The position numbers were made by a program, and so were the translations under genes. From contig NW_021836260.1 of assembly GCF_006345805.1 (NCBI RefSeq), forward strand, positions 1 to 24,863: a DNA stretch of 24,863 bases, read 5' to 3'. Below the pieces are notes generated by a model. It did not search any database, was not told the DNA's origin, and was given only the letters and a program-made list of their open reading frames with translations. The stretch is from Octopus sinensis. Lineage: Eukaryota. Positions 21,447-24,863 of this stretch are shown here, piece by piece. Position 1 is the stretch's first letter, and the number at the start of each line of letters is the position of its first letter.

Positions 21447-22858
21447 ATTTTCTCTCTCTCCCTTTTCTCTCTTTGTCTCTCACTCTCTTTCTCGTTTTCT
21501 TTCCTTTTCTCTCTCTATCTCCCTCTTTCATTTCTTTCCTTCTCTTTCTTTTCCCACTTTCTCTCTCTTTCTTTCACCTTCTCTTTCTTTCTTTCTCTCT
21601 CCGTGTCTCTTTTACTCTCTCTCTTTCTTTTCTCTTTTCCCATTTTCCTTTCCTCTCTTTCTGTCTCTAATTTCCTTCCTCTTTCTATTTTTCTTTTTTC
21701 TCTTATATTTCTCTTTCTCTATTTTTCAATTTCACTCTTTCTCCCTCTTTCATTTCTTTCTCTTTCTATTCTTACATTCTTTCTCTTTCCCTTTTTCTTC
21801 TCTCTCTCTTTCTTTCTCCCTCTCTCTTTTTCCTCTTTTTCTCTCTCTCATTCTTTTCTCTCGTTTTCCACTTCACTTTCTCGCTTTCTCTCACTTTTCT
21901 CCTCTCACTCTCTCTACATTTCTCTTTCTTTATCTCTCTCTCTATTACTTTCCTCTCTTTCTTTCTTTCTCTGTCTCTCCTTCACTATTCGTTTTCTCTC
22001 TTTCACCCAACCTTTTTATTTTTCGTCTCTCTTTCTCTTTTACTTTTATCTCGTTCTCTCTCTGTCTCTGCTTCTCTTTGCCTTTTCTCTCTTTCACCCT
22101 CTTTCTCTTTTACTTGTCTCTCTTTCTTTGATGTCTTTCTCTTTTCCTTTTATCTCTCTCTCATTTTCCCCTCTCTTTCTTCTTCTCTCACTCTCTCACA
22201 TTTTCTTTTCTATCTTTCTCTCTCTATGTCTCTTACTCTTTGTTTTCTCTTTCTCTCTCTTTCCTTCCTTTCTTTTTCTCTCTCTCTCTTTCCTTTTATC
22301 ACATCCTCTCTCTTTCTTCTATCTTTCTTCCTCTCTCTCTATTCCCCACTCTCTTTTCTTTCCTATATTCCCCTCTCTCCCCCTCTGTTTCTTTTCTCTT
22401 CCTCTCCCACTCATTTTCTTATCTCTCACTTTCACTTTTCTCTTTTTCTCTTTCTTTCCTCCCGCTCTTTTTTGTTCTCACTTTCTCTCCCTCTATTTTA
22501 CCTTTCTTTCCAGCTTTTCTTTTCTGTCTTTTTCTCTCTCTCTTTCTATTTTCCTTTCTTCTCTTTTTCTATTCTCTTTCTTTATCTCTCTCTCTTTTTC
22601 TTTTCTCTCCTTTTCTTTTCCCTATTTCTCTCTTTGTCTCTCCCTTTCTCGTTTCCTTTTATCTCCTTCCTTCTATCTCTCTCCTTCTCTATATCTCTTT
22701 TTTCTCCGTCAATTTTTCTTTTCTTTCTTCCTTCCTCTTTCTTTTTTATCTTCTCTATTTCTCTCTCTTTTTTCTCTATAGTTATCTCTTACTTTTCCTT
22801 TTCTTTCTTCTGTTTTTCTCTCTTCATTTTTCTCTTTCTTTTTCTTTTCCTCCTCTAC
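21447..22858. repeat. ~1.4-kb polypyrimidine (CT-rich) low-complexity tract
   Basis: Seen directly. Source of the F/S/L-rich ORFs. Confidence 0.95.
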
Positions 22859-23145
22859 TTGTTTCAGTCATGAGACTGCGGCCATGCTGGGGCTCCTCCT
22901 CGATTTTGTCTTTTATGTGTGGTACCTTTTCTGTCTGATTAGCAGCAACCTATAGCTCTCTTTTGCTTATGGGCTAAGTAACAGGGATGCAAATACATCA
23001 ACACCGGTTATCAACTAGCAGTTGGGGACACACACTAACGTAGATACATATGCATACATATACACACACAACCTCCACTCAAAAATACACACACATCTGC
23101 TTGTCTGTATATACATATACACACACACATACACACACAGACATA
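22855..23145 (-). mobile_element. Diverged 3' half of tRNA-derived SINE
   Basis: acttgtttcagtcatgagactgcggccatgctggggctcc...acaccggttatcaac..gttggggaca. Confidence 0.7.
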
Positions 23146-23199
23146 TATACGAGTTAATATCACCCATAAGGATGTGTTTTATCTATTCCCCAAAGTGAA

Positions 23200-24045
23200 T
23201 GGAGCCTTGTCCAGGAGAAACCAACGTTATCCTCGTTCATCGGATGTTTCGACTTTGAACCGTTACACCCTACCGTTGGTGGGTCAACAGAGGTGGCCAA
23301 TTCACTGCTCCTCAACTCCTCATGCCTTCCAGCGTTAATCTTCTCTCTTACACCAAAGCCAGCAAAAGGCTCTTTCAGTTGACTCTCCCATCATGCGCAC
23401 AGCCACCCTTCCCTCCTTACCTCACATTCCAGTTGCTGTGAAAATCCTCCATGCCGACTGGGCAAGGAATCCCCTACAGCCAACCTCCACTAGGAAAATC
23501 CATACCTGCCATCCCTTCTCCCTGCAATCCTGCAGAAGGCTCTTATATATGTCACACTTCCGTTCATGGGCCTCGTTACAACCGGCTTCCCACGTGACTG
23601 TTCGTTCAATTATGATAGTTTTCTGTGCCTTTTTCACACCACAGGACCACATCAGGCCTCGAGTTGTATGGACAACCTAGGGAAACTGCAATCTCTCCTT
23701 AAGTCTAAGGTATTTAGTTATCTTTCACTCCACCCTTTCCACACTTGTCATTGGAACCTCATGCAGCGTCAGCACCCATATGAGTCTTGGAGCAGTCTGT
23801 GTTGGTATGTGCCATGCCTGAACTTTCCTGGAAGCCCTGATCTATTAATCCTCATCAGCCACTCCTCTGCTTGCTTTCAATTTTGGTGACATGCTTCTCT
23901 CTGACAGCGACTTGTCAAACATCTTTTCAAGGCATTTACTAGGATTTATCTCTATTGATGGAATGCTCCTTGCACTTGGAGCCTGATTTTGTTGATTACC
24001 TTACTGCCCTCCCAAATTAACCATCTCCCCGAAATGCATGAAAGA
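23200..24045 (-). mobile_element. HERO-type (R2 superfamily, restriction-like endonuclease) LINE fragment, internally deleted
   Basis: The thumb region ..QVQG..IPSIE.NP.KCL.K.FD.SL..RSGLPGKFKAW..PRL.W.LTLHEVPMTSVERVE.KITKYL is joined directly to the RLE region DL..LQFP.VVHT.RPDVVLW..IIIE.TV.WEAGCNEAHERK..Y..L.QDCREKGWQVWIF.VEVGCRGF (PD..E..K nuclease motif). Confidence 0.8.
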
Positions 24046-24863
24046 TGGTTCAATTAATGCATAAGCTCAATGAAGTGAAAAGAACCACTTTATGTTTGTC
24101 ACTGAATCTAATACAAAGTAATTATTTGAGACTAGATATCTGTGGGAACTTCTGGATGACATCAACTTCTGTTGAATATGTTCAAATGTGAAAAAGAGGA
24201 TACAAATGAAGGAAACGATGGAGAATAAAACATAAATAAGGCGTGCTTCATTTTAATTAAGTGCTTCGTTAGTACTTTGTAGTCATACAAAATGTTAAAA
24301 GGTGTGAGTTTCTTCATGCACAACTGTAATACATCTGTTTAGACAACACTATCAACATCTTCTGGAGGAAAACACCTACCATCACAAAGTGGCAGTCATA
24401 CACCCACCATTGAATTACAGGTAAGATGGTCATCAAGAAAATAAATGATGCTTTTTTTCTGCATTTCACCATCTGTCAGCTCTCTTCACTCCTAATTTAA
24501 AACCAAGATTTCTGGTCTCCTACCAACAGAATCTCTATAAATTTAACAGAATCATCCTACCAACTGCTTCCTAACTATGATGGTTTTATACCAGTGATTC
24601 TCAAACCTTTTAAATGTGGTTTCTTTTCATTTACCAAGGATTTCTCAATGTCCCTCACCTTGCTAAGACTCTATATAACACATTTTTAATGTCGTTTCAA
24701 TTAATACCAGATCAGATTAATTTCCCTCTCGATCCTAGTCTTGACATGGGTGACTACTTACCACAGAACCTTAACCAGAATAAGTGAATACTTGATGCTT
24801 CACCATTTAGTTTTCTTTACTGATCCAACGTTGATACATAGCTTCAGTTAAACTCGGGTACAC

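Noticed and set aside
21603-22938. F/S/L-rich 'membrane protein' ORFs
   Set aside because: Translation of a CT low-complexity tract.
23225-23270. GAAAC..GATGA hammerhead-like words in the HERO 3' UTR
   Set aside because: No complete core or stems could be assembled.
24750-24863. Possible upstream exon ending at a GTAAGT donor near 24760
   Set aside because: The frame is not ANK/MIB-like, the acceptor is unclear, and tggtaagtag also matches the SINE head.

Overview
Eukaryotic, AT-rich, repeat-dense genomic DNA. The SINE families and microsatellite load suggest an octopus/coleoid cephalopod; this rests on my recall of those repeats, not a search. Six minus-strand exons (21250-21404, 18384-18429, 11627-11781, 10774-10810, 7014-7223, 5270-5445) have GT-AG ends and matching phases. 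They splice into the ankyrin region of a Mind bomb (MIB1/MIB2)-like protein, and the gene is incomplete at both ends of the window. The last visible exon has an in-frame TGA inside an apparent -1/+1 compensated frameshift. The introns hold a fairly intact CR1-group LINE RT, an older CR1 relic, two tandem Penelope-like elements each ending in a minimal hammerhead-ribozyme motif, an internally deleted HERO-type RLE LINE, a mariner relic, a long-TIR MITE, a Helentron-like element and several SINEs. They also hold two (TA)n-centred inverted duplications, a 2.5-kb (ATC)n array and a 1.4-kb polypyrimidine tract. Most long ORFs in the track are artefacts of these simple repeats.
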